In this document: in pieces, positions 25,054 through 35,939 of the stretch
Layout of the letters: the number at the start of each line of letters is the position of its first letter
Numbering within the stretch: the first letter of the stretch is position 1
From: Gordius albopunctatus
Lineage: Eukaryota
NCBI GenBank assembly: GCA_964276515.1
Contig: OZ193909.1
Span: 15,314,001 to 15,378,000 of the forward strand
Reading direction: 5' to 3'
DNA length: 64,000 bases
The notes under the pieces: model-generated
Seen by the model: the letters and a program-made list of their open reading frames with translations, nothing else
Told to the model about the DNA's origin: nothing
Database searches by the model: none
Translations under genes and position numbers: made by a program

Positions 25054-26661
25054 AATACAATAAAGTAATGAAAGGGTCACTACACCTTCCGCAAACAGAT
25101 GTTAGGGAAACTTATTTGCCAAAGGTGATATTGAGAGTGATTAGCTTAATGTTGGTACGATGACTGCAAAATGCAGAGGAGTTGCTAACACCCTCAAAAA
25201 CGGGTTGACATAGCAGTTATACAAGAAACAAGATTAAAATTATCAAAAGCAAGAATAGTGAAGGCTACAAACTTTAGTTCATTGGCTTAAGCATAAAAAT
25301 CGCCTGGAAATCATATCAGTTTCACATCTGTAAAGATCAAGTAAAAGATGAATTTTGGGTAGAGTTAGACGAAACGCTTCCTATGATACCCAAGGAGGAG
25401 ATAATTATTATTAGCACATTGGCAAAGAATGATTCGAACTAAATTATGATGGCGAAGGTATATTAAAAATAGCTGACATTTAATTTGTCCATCACAAATA
25501 GTTTTTCAAATAGAAAATTTATGATCTAATAGGGTACAAAAGTGGAAATCTGTCGTAGATATCAATAAAATAATTGAAAAAATGTATGCAATTTCAAGGA
25601 TAACGAGGTGAGGCTATTGTCCGACACAATGTCACGAAGGCAAAAACACAAAAGACTAAGAGACTAAATGAGAAAATCAAATGGTTTCAGTTACTAAAAA
25701 TATTTAAATGGTTGCAGATAGACGATTATCAAAATGCCAGCGATATTTGGAATAACATACCCATCACGGTACGATCGCTAGTGAAACGTTTTATAGGGTA
25801 AGGTAAACAAGGTATATATAATGGTAAAGACATATGGTGATGGAACGAAGACGTGTAAAGTCTAGTTAAGTTGAAAAGGAATACTTATAAAATTTGGTCA
25901 GGCAGCAGGAATGAAGAAACAACATTGGCATATTTTAAAGCTAAATATTGACGAGGACCAGGGCAAGAACTCTATAAACGTGGTAAACGCAAAAACCATA
26001 AAAAGCAAGGAAGGCAACACTCTAACTCTAAACCATCAGATCATAGACAGTTGGTAATTGGACATTTGAAAAAGAAAGAACTATGAATATGATCAAGAGT
26101 TAGAAGTAGCAGAAGAAGTTGACCCGTGCTTAAAAAAATAACATATATAGAGCGGTGGGACCTGATAATATACGTATTAAGGGTCTAAAAATGCTAGATA
26201 TCTTAAATGCACATTTGCATGCAAAAGCTTTTCAACAAAATACTTGCAATTGGGAGGATGCTTGATAAATGGAGTGAAAGCTAAATTAAATCAATATAAA
26301 ATAACGGGAATTCATAAAAGTGCAATAAGTATCGGATGATAAAGTTTGCAAGCGAGTCAGCAATGAACACGTGAGAAAATGTCATACAAGTTAGATTTAG
26401 AACAAAATCTAAATAGATGAGCGAAAATTTGAGTTTATGCCTGGGAAGTCAACTTTAGAGGCATTACATGGCCTCCGGGGACTTATGAAATATGTCAAAA
26501 AAACGGAAGGATGTTCGTATGTGTTTATTCTTAAAAAAGATTTTTACAAAGTCCCAAAGCAGTTGCTAGGGATAGCCTGAGTTCCAATAATATACCCGAC
26601 ATTTCTATAATGTTGTTAATGGACAAGTAAGTAAGAAATCAAAAAGAGAATTAAGTAATAC

Positions 26662-27125
26662 TGTCGTATCTGGAGATTTTTCCCACCCCCATGTCATCTT
26701 ATACAAAAGTTAAAAGTTCATTGATTGCGAGATTCTTTTGATCTTACACTGCTGTACAACATCTGTATTTCCTGTACGGATTTTAATATCACTCATCGTA
26801 GCGTATTACCACTACTCTTTTACATTTTATTTCCAGTACGCGTATGTTATCCCCCCCCCCCTACGCGCTCATACGTGTGTGTTATTTCTATCAATACGCA
26901 TCATTTAATTTGATAACGCGTTTCTATTCATTATTATAATTTTGTCGTATATTTTATAATTAATAAACTGAATGAAACTGACATGTAAGGGTTAGTAAAA
27001 TTAATACTATCCTTACTGGGGGAAAAGGTTTTCCCCCGTCCCAATATATTCCCTTATTCTTTCCTCAATTCTCCCATTAGATTCCTGTTTATACTTCAAA
27101 TTATTTTTATTCGTATCCTCTTAGG
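26662..27125. mobile_element. Possible solo-LTR-like insertion(s) in the decayed RTE
   Basis: TGT...AATAAA...ACA block (26662-26983) followed by a second TGT-starting block. AATAC flanks both sides and the RTE relic resumes afterwards. Confidence 0.35.
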
Positions 27126-27594
27126 AATACGAAAAATACATTAAAAGGATTTTGTCTAGGTATTCATCAATGATCTGCATTTAATCCATTGTTCTTCCCA
27201 ACAGTGATGGATTGTATAACCTGAAACGCAAATCACCTTGGGCAATGCTCTTTAAAGATAATATATTGCCATGCGCAGGCGCTGGGGTATGGAATTGAAA
27301 GCAATGGTCATAGAGTCCACCGGGATAAAACTGATTAAATAGGAAAAAATCGTCGACTGTTGTTTAAGCAGTAAGTAGGAATACAAATATCTTGGTAGGA
27401 GAGTGGAGAATGAATTAAGGCAATAATCGTAGCAGGCCGGCTAAAATTCAGTGATTTGAGGGGTGTACTATGTGACAAACACATACCACTCATATTGAAA
27501 GGACGATTATAAAACATCATTATTGTACCTATGGTAATTGTGGAGCGGAAACGTAGGTGATTAAGGCAAAAGAAAAGCAAAGCCTGGCTACAGG

Positions 27595-28913
27595 TAGAGG
27601 ACCTGCACGGGCGGCCCGAGGCCTGGCCCGCAAAAGCCCGGGACCGAACGGGCCCGGGTCGGACTTGGACCCTAAATTTTGAGGCTTTACAATTCTGAGT
27701 CGGGCCTAATTTATAAAATATAGCCAAGGCCAGGAATAATTTAAATGTAGTAGCCTAAATAGTTTTTAGTCTGTTTAAAAAAATCTATATGAAATAACAC
27801 GATGCGACAATCTTTTATTAGTGCCAGTAATAGTATCAACAATATTGGACGAATGTGTGTTATAATCCCGATAAATATAATATTGAACAGGTAATAGTGA
27901 AATATAAGTTGGACGAAGGCCGTGAGTAATTATCCGTGAACTTAATCGACTTAAAAATGGTGACGTCTACGAGTCAGTGGAGGTATTGGATCAAGGGACT
28001 TCTTTCTCTCGGTTGATAATCGCTGTTACTACATAGAGAGAAGAAAACAATATATGATCAAAAAACAGTGTACAATCCAGCCTTTTATCACAGTCGATGC
28101 GCCTCTCAATTTGAATGAGAGCTGCCGACTGCTCGACCTACATTATCATTTATTCACACGCTAATTATTCTCCTCATTAGTGAGCAAGATACAAAACGCT
28201 ATCTCATTAGCATAGGCGCGTGAATGTTAAGTGATTTAACTACTTAACCACGGCTACAACAATAAATAAGCTCATTCGAATAGGCCTAAAAAACTAGCAA
28301 CCACAACACTATAAAATTTCAAAAAATTAATTAATTACTAATTATTGCATCTTTTAAACATTCATTCATAAATTTCGCGCTTTTGTAATATACAAACAAT
28401 CGAGCAAGGAACAAAAAATCTACTGCAAATAGCTGAAAATATTCAGAATTTTTTTTATAAAAATCTTAGCGGAGAGAGTGAAGTATGGAAAAGAATTCTA
28501 TATGTGTATGACATAAAGGATAAGAAAATAGATTTTGTTTTTTTGTAAGATTTGCAAGTGTTATCCTATAATTCTTGCTCATCAGGTAATTGTTTATGTT
28601 AGTTTTGATAATGCTTAATAGGGAACACTCATTTCCAAAAGCATAAATGTTGTGAATAAGTCCACTAAAAGAAAAATTTGACAATTGCCTATACAAGCCA
28701 CCCACAACAAAACTTACAAACACTGCAAAAATCAAAAAAGATCTCAAATCCTCAATAGCCTTTTGTGGATTAGATATGAGATCTTTCAATACCAAAATTG
28801 ATTTTGATTAATTTCTGGAATCAATAAAATTCCAGGCAGGCCCGGCCTGATTTTTTTTATATTAAATTCTTGGCTCGGGCCGGGCCTCAATAAATCGATT
28901 TTGCAGGTCTCTA
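27595..28913. mobile_element. hAT-type non-autonomous element (TIR TAGAG(G)ACCTGCA)
   Basis: TAGAGGACCTGCA...TGCAGGTCTCTA ends, GGCCCG subterminal repeats, degenerate TSD GCTACAGG/GTTACAAT. A related left end sits at ~2474. Confidence 0.75.
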
Positions 28914-29583
28914 GTTACAATGGAGATGCGAATGTTAAAATGGATCTTCATATAAGGAATCAAGATATAGGAGATAAACTAAATGTATTTCAGATTCTAA
29001 AAAAGTTGATGGAGATGGTATGGCCGTTTGGAGAGACAAGAGGAAAGTCACCTCTCAAAGCGTATCAAGAAGTTGCGTCGAAGGTAAGCGAAAGAGTGGC
29101 TAAGCTGACATGGAAACATAAATAGATATGGACTTGACAAGGTAAGAGTTGAGTATAAGAACTGAAAAATGCTTGTTATAGTATAAAGGTATAAAAATTA
29201 CGTTAATTACATTAACGTCTAGTCTATGAATTTAATTTGTAAAAAGGTGAGTAATTAATATCAAATTAGAAAACAAATAATTGATCTTTTTTATTAATAA
29301 ATAAATTGAAAAATAAGGATTTTAGAAGGAACAACAACCATTGCTACCAAATTTATCAAAACTATCTACGAACTTTTGTAATCCTACCTTTTAACCCTAT
29401 AAAGAACATTAAATATTAATCTAAAAGAGTTAATTTATTAACAAAACTTGTGTGGTGAGCTGCGTCGTTTATATATGTATATTTGCGTCATTTATTTTGT
29501 AACTTCTATATTCCTTGTGCCACACGTTGTTTCAACAGCTGTTAATTTACCGACGCATTCATTACTTCCTTCACGCTATTATT

Positions 29584-29967
29584 TACCAATATTCATTATC
29601 ATCATTAGAACAACGCCCTTTAACATCTTAATTCATTGCTGCCCATCATGCAAGACAGGAAACGTTGGAAAGACTTCTCAAAGAACAAATTATTGCGGCT
29701 CCCCAGTAAGGATCTCCTCACGCACTATTTATTTACGACCTAGCATTAAAGGCTTTAAATTACTTTCAAGTCAACAGGTATTACATATTTACATGTCATA
29801 ATTACACTGCATGTTAATCATTTTTTTACAGCATACTTACACACGTTATCACTAACGTGGCCTGATGCGCCCTTTGGCGTTAGAAGGGGCTCAACCTTAG
29901 ATTGCACTAACTAAGCTCTTGGGCGTCTTCGCGGCAAACTTACTTAATTACTTATTATCATCATTAC
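29584..29967 (+). mobile_element. 5'-truncated LINE 3' end with (TACT)-like tail
   Basis: 22-bp direct repeat TTACTTCCTTCACGCTATTATT (29562-83, 29968-89) serves as TSD. The terminal ~90 bp resemble 51052-51140. Confidence 0.7.
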
Positions 29968-30198
29968 TTACTTCCTTCACGCTATTATTCGCCAATAAAT
30001 GAGTAAAAGCAATACCAAACACCAAACTAGACAATTTTTTAAGGAAATTCGTACATTGAACTATTTGTATAAGTTGATTCTTTCTCTATGACTGTTTGTC
30101 CCCTATGTTGGATGTAATATGTATGATGTGTTTACCATTCCAAAACAATTGAAATTAAACCCCTTCCCCCTCATTTTGTATTCTATATTAGCTCTATT

Positions 30199-32661
30199 GG
30201 GCTATTCCATGACATATCAAAACGGTTTCGGCCCACCATCTCAGATCGAGCTGATTTTTTGTGAGAATTTAGACCCTATAGGAAATAGTAATTTCTGAAA
30301 ATTTTAACCATTTTGGGCCAATACTTTTTAAGTTATGGACGCTAAAATGGCCAAAATCACGCTCGAGTGCGTTTTACAAATTTTACTATTATTGCCATAA
30401 TTTCAAAAGTATTGGTTCTAGCTTCGTAAATTTTATTGCATTTTAATCCTTATAAAATTCTCTACCAGAAAAATGTAACCTAAAACCTCAAACTTTTGTG
30501 GTTGAAGTTTTGTGGTTAAATTTGTGGAAAACCAAAAAAACTTACTTCGCCACCAGCTATAATCACCAAATTCACCATGGGGATTCCCCTATGTCCAAAT
30601 ATCAAATTTCTAAAATAAAAAGTTTGGGGACGGCTATGAGGTGGTCAGGAAATCGAAAAAACACTAATAAATTAAATTAATTTATAGGTGGCGCTATAAA
30701 CAACTATTGCGAATCTGATATTTTAACTATACTTTATTATTAAAGGGCCACATAAAGATATATCTGATAAATAAACAAAGTTGGAATATAACCTTATGAA
30801 AAATTCTTAAATATTGACTTAATTAAAAACAAATTAAGGGAATTCGATATTACATTATGACTTTTTATCTAAATTATACAGGGTTAGATTACAATTGCTT
30901 GGTTTTTTATTGCCTTAAAAGATATAAAATCGCAGCTGGCACATCATCCTAGCTTTCTACAATTAAATGATTAAGGCCATATGTGCAACAACGCTATTAA
31001 TTAAAGCACAAAATCGATGTCCTATTAATTTTATTTGTTTCAACTGGCTATAATTTCATTAAATACTTTAATTTTGTGTCAATTAATTTCCATGCATAAA
31101 ACCACTTATTGTTGTAATCCATTTAAGACCCATAAAGGTAAAATCAAAGGAATAAGAAATGTTTCTAAATGGATGACCTTCTTAGATCCCAATGCGAAAT
31201 TATGTGACACATGTCGCAAATTAATTTATCAACGCCGGGATATTCCAAATATTAATCCGTCTGTTGATCCTTCTTTCTCCCCCCCAATAAATGAAATTAT
31301 AGACAAAGCAGGACCATCTATTCAAGCCCTTAATACCTCATTATCTATGATTGCCGAATCGCCGATTAAAATGAAGAGATTCGTAGAAAAAAAATATCCA
31401 TCAAGAAAATTAGCAAAAATTAAAAAAAGCCTTGCCACAACCTTGGAAATCGTCGAGGAAAACAATCAATTATCGGTCGATTCTGAATTACTAGATAGTA
31501 TGAAATCTTTCGAATTGTTTGAATGGGCAAAAAGAAGTTTAACAAACATAAGTTTTGGGTATATGTCAAATGACGAGGTTAAACAAGAGGAATTGAGACT
31601 TGTTTCAAGGTTTAATCGGGCGAGACCTATAGCTGGAATGCAAAAATTACACGCGTTAATACCGATTGATAGAAAGAGTGTAAAAACAAAGACATATTCA
31701 AATTCGAATGAATATTTTAAGGAAGAAATTCAACGAGCGGATGAAATTGATTTGGCATACCTAAATGGTTATGTGGCATGTAAATACCAGAGCAAATGGT
31801 GGTTAGCTCTGGTAGTTGGCAAGGATTTAATTAATGAAAATATTGTCGTCCACCTTTTACATCCCAATGGTCCATCCAAGTCATTTTTTTTCCCGCCAAA
31901 ATTAGATAAAATAAACATTAAAAAATCGGATGTTATAATGACAATGTCTCCGTACACAATCACGGGACGTAGTTACACACTTTCTGCACAAGAAATGGAT
32001 TTGGCTACTACGCAACTACATAAAATGTAGCTTGAGAAGCAATTTATTATTTATTATAATAAAGAATATTTATACAATTTTTATTGAACATGAATTAGAT
32101 AATAAAAATTATTTATTACGGTATATCTTTAACGAATGTTCGAAGACAAAGTTTACCCTAACCCTGTATAATTTAGATAAAAAGTCATAATGTAATATCA
32201 AATTCCCTTAATTTGTTTTTAATTAAGTCAATATTTAAGAATTTTTCATAAGGTTATATTCCAACTTTGTTTATTTATCAGATATATCTTTATGTGGCCC
32301 TTTAATAATAAAGTATAGTTAAAATATCAGATTCGCAATAGTTGTTTATAGCGCCACCTATAAATTAATTTAATTTATTAGTGTTTTTTCGATTTCCTGA
32401 CCACCTCATAGCCGTCCCCAAACTTTTTATTTTAGAAATTTGATATTTGGGCATAGGGGAATCCCCATGGTGAATTTGGTGATTATAGCTGGTGGCGAAG
32501 TAAGTTTTTTTGGTTTTCCACAAATTTAACCACAAAACTTTAACCACAAAAGTTTGAGGTTTTAGGTTACATTTTTCTGGTAGAGAATTTTATAAGGATT
32601 AAAATGCAATAAAATTTACGAAGCTAGAACCAATACTTTTGAAATTATGGCAATAATAGTA
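30199..32661 (+). mobile_element. Internally deleted DNA transposon with long TIRs, Sola2-like
   Basis: ~504-bp near-perfect inverted repeat (30384-30887 / 32158-32661). The left end probably extends to GGGCTATTCC at 30199, so the right TIR looks truncated. Superfamily assignment is from recalled motifs. Confidence 0.75.
31035..32030 (+). CDS. In-frame internally deleted transposase (Sola2-like); first in-frame ATG at 31092
   Basis: N-terminal CCNPF..H...CDTCRK Zn-binding motif joined to C-terminal YVACKY..KWW...LHPNGPSKSF. No central catalytic region is visible. Confidence 0.6.
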   Translation: MFQLAIISLNTLILCQLISMHKTTYCCNPFKTHKGKIKGIRNVSKWMTFLDPNAKLCDTCRKLIYQRRDIPNINPSVDPSFSPPINEIIDKAGPSIQALNTSLSMIAESPIKMKRFVEKKYPSRKLAKIKKSLATTLEIVEENNQLSVDSELLDSMKSFELFEWAKRSLTNISFGYMSNDEVKQEELRLVSRFNRARPIAGMQKLHALIPIDRKSVKTKTYSNSNEYFKEEIQRADEIDLAYLNGYVACKYQSKWWLALVVGKDLINENIVVHLLHPNGPSKSFFFPPKLDKINIKKSDVIMTMSPYTITGRSYTLSAQEMDLATTQLHKM

Positions 32662-33029
32662 TATAATCTTATTACATTTATAAATAAATCAAAATATACA
32701 AATTATAACAAATTTAATTATAAGACGTTATAATTTTAAGAATCCAACCTAGGTACAATAATTTTAAACATCATATGCTGCAAATAATCATTAGCTAACT
32801 AGGTTTATATTCTTAGATTAACAAATTTTAATAACATAATAGTAGATTTAATTAGTTCAAAATGTTCTAACTATTATATATTAATTAATGTGTGTTAAAT
32901 TATATATTAATACATAAATATGAATGAAAGAATTTATTTAATCATTACCTTAAATAAAATTAAACATTTATTACATTTGAAAATAACCGCATATAACAAA
33001 ATAAATTAGAGACCTTTATAAAATCGAAT

Positions 33030-33408
33030 TTAATCGTTTATATCTTCATCGTAATCAATAGATTTTCTGTTTTTTCGCGTGCAATTAACAATGTTGCCCT
33101 TCAAGTCAACCCAGCGATATTTGCATCTATCACAATAAGGCTGGCATCTAACACTTTTATCCTTACAAGAATATATGGAACACGCTCTAAATAGACAGCT
33201 ATATTTAAGTGAGCCATCACCGCAATGGGTAGTGTTACCTTCGGAACCTTAAAACAAATTTATTAATTAAACAATCTATTTAAATTTTAAATGTGACAAT
33301 TAATGCTGTTGGCTTACTAATTAGGCCAGTATGTATGCTATAGTTCCAAACCAATCCAAGTACTAGGGCTAAACTCAAAATCACGGAAAAAATATAAGTT
33401 GGCTTCAT
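33030..33408 (-). CDS. Small, probably secreted cysteine-rich peptide, 102 aa
   Basis: Exons 33408-33318 and 33247-33030 with a 70-nt GTAAG...TTTTAAG phase-1 intron. Product MKPTYIFSVILSLALVLGLVWNYSIHTGLISSEGNTTHCGDGSLKYSCLFRACSIYSCKDKSVRCQPYCDRCKYRWVDLKGNIVNCTRKNRKSIDYDEDIND*. Hydrophobic N-terminus, 8 Cys, downstream AATAAA. Confidence 0.8.
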
Positions 33409-33889
33409 GCTTAATATTAGTGAGAAAATATAATAATTGCGCTATATATATGCTTCCAAAATAAAATAAAAGGAGTGAAGATATGAAAGGTGCAAATATC
33501 GCTTTAATAATTATCGAAACATTACTAATACTTCCTGATTTTTTTTATCAAGTTATAACATTCAACAGTGAATTAGGGGAACAAATTAAGATATAAATTG
33601 TGTTCCGTTTTTACTTTAATTTATACAATTTTACTTAATGGCTCTAATCAAAAAATCAGATTATATGGACAGTTTCCCTGGTATGTATACTTTATCATTA
33701 TCAGAATAAGCATAGTTATATTATGAAAATAAACGTTAAGTTTAACCAATTATTAAAAAAATTTTGTTATTTGTTTGCTTGTTGTTCAAGTATAAATAAA
33801 CTATTTATTTTTGTTATTTGTAATAATTTATTTTTTACTTAGTCTTTCATCTATAGCAGTCATTTTTTAATAAACAATTTATTAATTAA

Positions 33890-35371
33890 CTTGCTGTGCC
33901 CGGCCAAGCGTTGCTTTGGCTTAGTACTTATTTGGCTAAATAATCGGTACCTATCAATAGAAAATATATGAAAGAATTTGGGTCAGCTGAAAGAGAGTTT
34001 GAGATGTGAAAAAATATTTTTTTTATTATGCAAATTAATATTAGCTTAATAAAAAAGCCATATTTATTATTAATCAAATAGATTTATAACAGTTTTAAAT
34101 TGTTTAGCGATAACATGCATAGTTGAGTGACATATGCTAAAGTCAATGATAATGTTTGACAATGATGATAATGTTTGACAATTCAGAGATAAATTTTAGT
34201 AATGCGTGTATAGTTAGTTTTGTATCGTCATAGCCTAAAATCTACAGTAATAAAATGAAAAGATAGTAGAAAAACACCTTAAAATTTGGTTTAATGAAGT
34301 CGTTTACAATCTATCAAACCCCTGATCAAAAGTGTTGGAATGGCCCCCTGTCCGAGTGCCTCTTAAAGTCTCTTATTAATGGCGCTTCGGCAGAGGAACT
34401 TCCAGCGCTTAGGAGCTTAGCTCCACCCTCAGGTTACGAATGACCCGAAGCTTTCCCAAGTCGTAACCTCGGTCTACTATTATCGAACAACGATATCCGA
34501 GGCCTAAGGTTATGACAAAATAGTTGCTGAAAAAATTTCTTAACTTTGCAATAATTCCCTAAAATCGAATGGCCATCATGGTCTACACTGTAATAGCAAC
34601 AAAGCCCGGTATCTTTGACATACCGCGGTTAACAAACTTATAATATCCCCTCTATTCTTGAACTCACAGGCCTCTGTGAAGATAGCAAACAACCCGTTGG
34701 CCAATCTATAGGCGCTTGGGAAAAAGGACTCATTTTAGCATGGAACTATAGATGTACTGACGTATTCGCCCCATTTTATCACAACAAATATCCCCTGTCC
34801 ACTGGAAATTTTCAATTACTCTGAAATTAACAATACTATAATTTGTGGTTCCATTGCGACAACCACCCTAACAACCTTTGGCCCCCAAGCCTTACAAATT
34901 AAGAAAATAGGGAAAGTTGTAATATAAAAAAACTTCGTAAAAATAGCAAAAAATCACGAAACGTGGAAACGCTTCTAAAAGCGCGCGTTATATTTATTTA
35001 AGTATATGGTGATGTATTACGGTATCTAAAATATATATTGGTTACAGATTTAAATATATATTGTAAAAAAACGGGCGTAGTTGAGTAAAAAATTGAGACA
35101 CAAATGACAAAGCAATCATGGAAAAAAGTTTAAGGCAAAAAGTAGCACCATAACGATAAATAAGTACAAACAACGCACTATAAATAATCCGCTAGATGGC
35201 GCCAACCAAATTAAAAACATGGTTCCCGCTGTCGTAGTGTGATAAAAAGTGTTTACAAACCATCTACAATGCTAAGGCAATAATCTGGCCAAATTTGGTG
35301 GCAGTCGGTTGAGAACTCTAAAAGCTATTAGCCTACAAAAAAAACGGGACTTAGATTTTTATATATATAGA
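33890..35371 (-). mobile_element. Non-autonomous Helitron
   Basis: Minus strand starts A|TCTATATATATAAAAAT and ends GCAACGCTTGGCCGGGCACAGCAAG|T (CTAG-like end, A/T target). Confidence 0.8.
34330..34900 (+). pseudogene. Decayed C-terminal fragment of a CRE-like (restriction-like endonuclease) non-LTR retrotransposon
   Basis: Translations: RSLAPPSGYE*PEAFPSRNLGLLLSNNDIR; GHHGLHC...*HTAVN; ILELTGLCEDSKQPVGQSIGAWEKGLILAWNYRCTDVFAP; TFGPQA. These follow the order of the zinc-knuckle and KRPDG..W..G..L.WD motifs. Confidence 0.7.
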
Positions 35372-35661
35372 TTTTATGAATCTAATGACAAGAGCAAGGA
35401 TCACTTAATGAATGTCATTTTTTATTTTATTGATTATACAAGAGTACGAGTAATTGATAAATGTATTTGATTACACTAATCGCCGTCATAAACTTTTAAT
35501 TAATAATCTAAACATAAAACATAATTGCAATAACGCACCTACACAAAATAAATCTCATAAAATTGTCATAGCTTAAATACTAGCGATAATACTTTATTTA
35601 ATATGCCCAAGATAATTTGTAAAGTAATTGAACAAAATTTTATAGCTATTTATGTAAATTC

Positions 35662-35878
35662 ATTATGCTTTTTAATACCAATGCTATTTAAGACATTATT
35701 GCACAATTTCGCTAATTCTTTTTTTTAATTTTATTATCACTTCGTAAATGACATTGAACAAGGTATTTATTATGTTTATATGCATTATAAATGCTAATTT
35801 TGATAATAAAATTAAAAAAAAGAATTAGCGAAATTGTGCAATAATGTCTTAAATAGCATTGGTATTAAAAAGCATAAT
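35662..35878. repeat. Perfect 78-bp inverted repeat with a 61-bp spacer
   Basis: 35662-35739 is the exact reverse complement of 35801-35878. Confidence 0.93.
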
Positions 35879-35882
35879 TAAA

Positions 35883-35939
35883 TACAATAACACTACCTAC
35901 GACGGTCCCAAGTCCGTGTGCAAAAAGTGGAGGGTTGGT
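35883..35939 (+). ncRNA. Twister ribozyme (type P1) at the 5' end of RTE copy 2
   Basis: Core identical to copy 1; predicted cleavage between 35888 (U) and 35889 (A). Flank-derived CAA (35885-87) can pair with UUG (35935-37) as a 3-bp P1. Confidence 0.87.

Larger units (their letters stand above)
25090..29170 (+). mobile_element. Heavily decayed RTE-like LINE of a second family, with nested insertions
   Basis: Residual motifs in order: LQET (~25217), EGYKL (~25260), FMPGKST (~26435), an HQGSAL-like stretch (~27163), GVLCDK (~27460) and EMRMLKW (~28923). Confidence 0.7.

Noticed and set aside
30498..32547. Pair of matching 60-aa ORFs on opposite strands
   Set aside because: Both lie within the two TIR arms.
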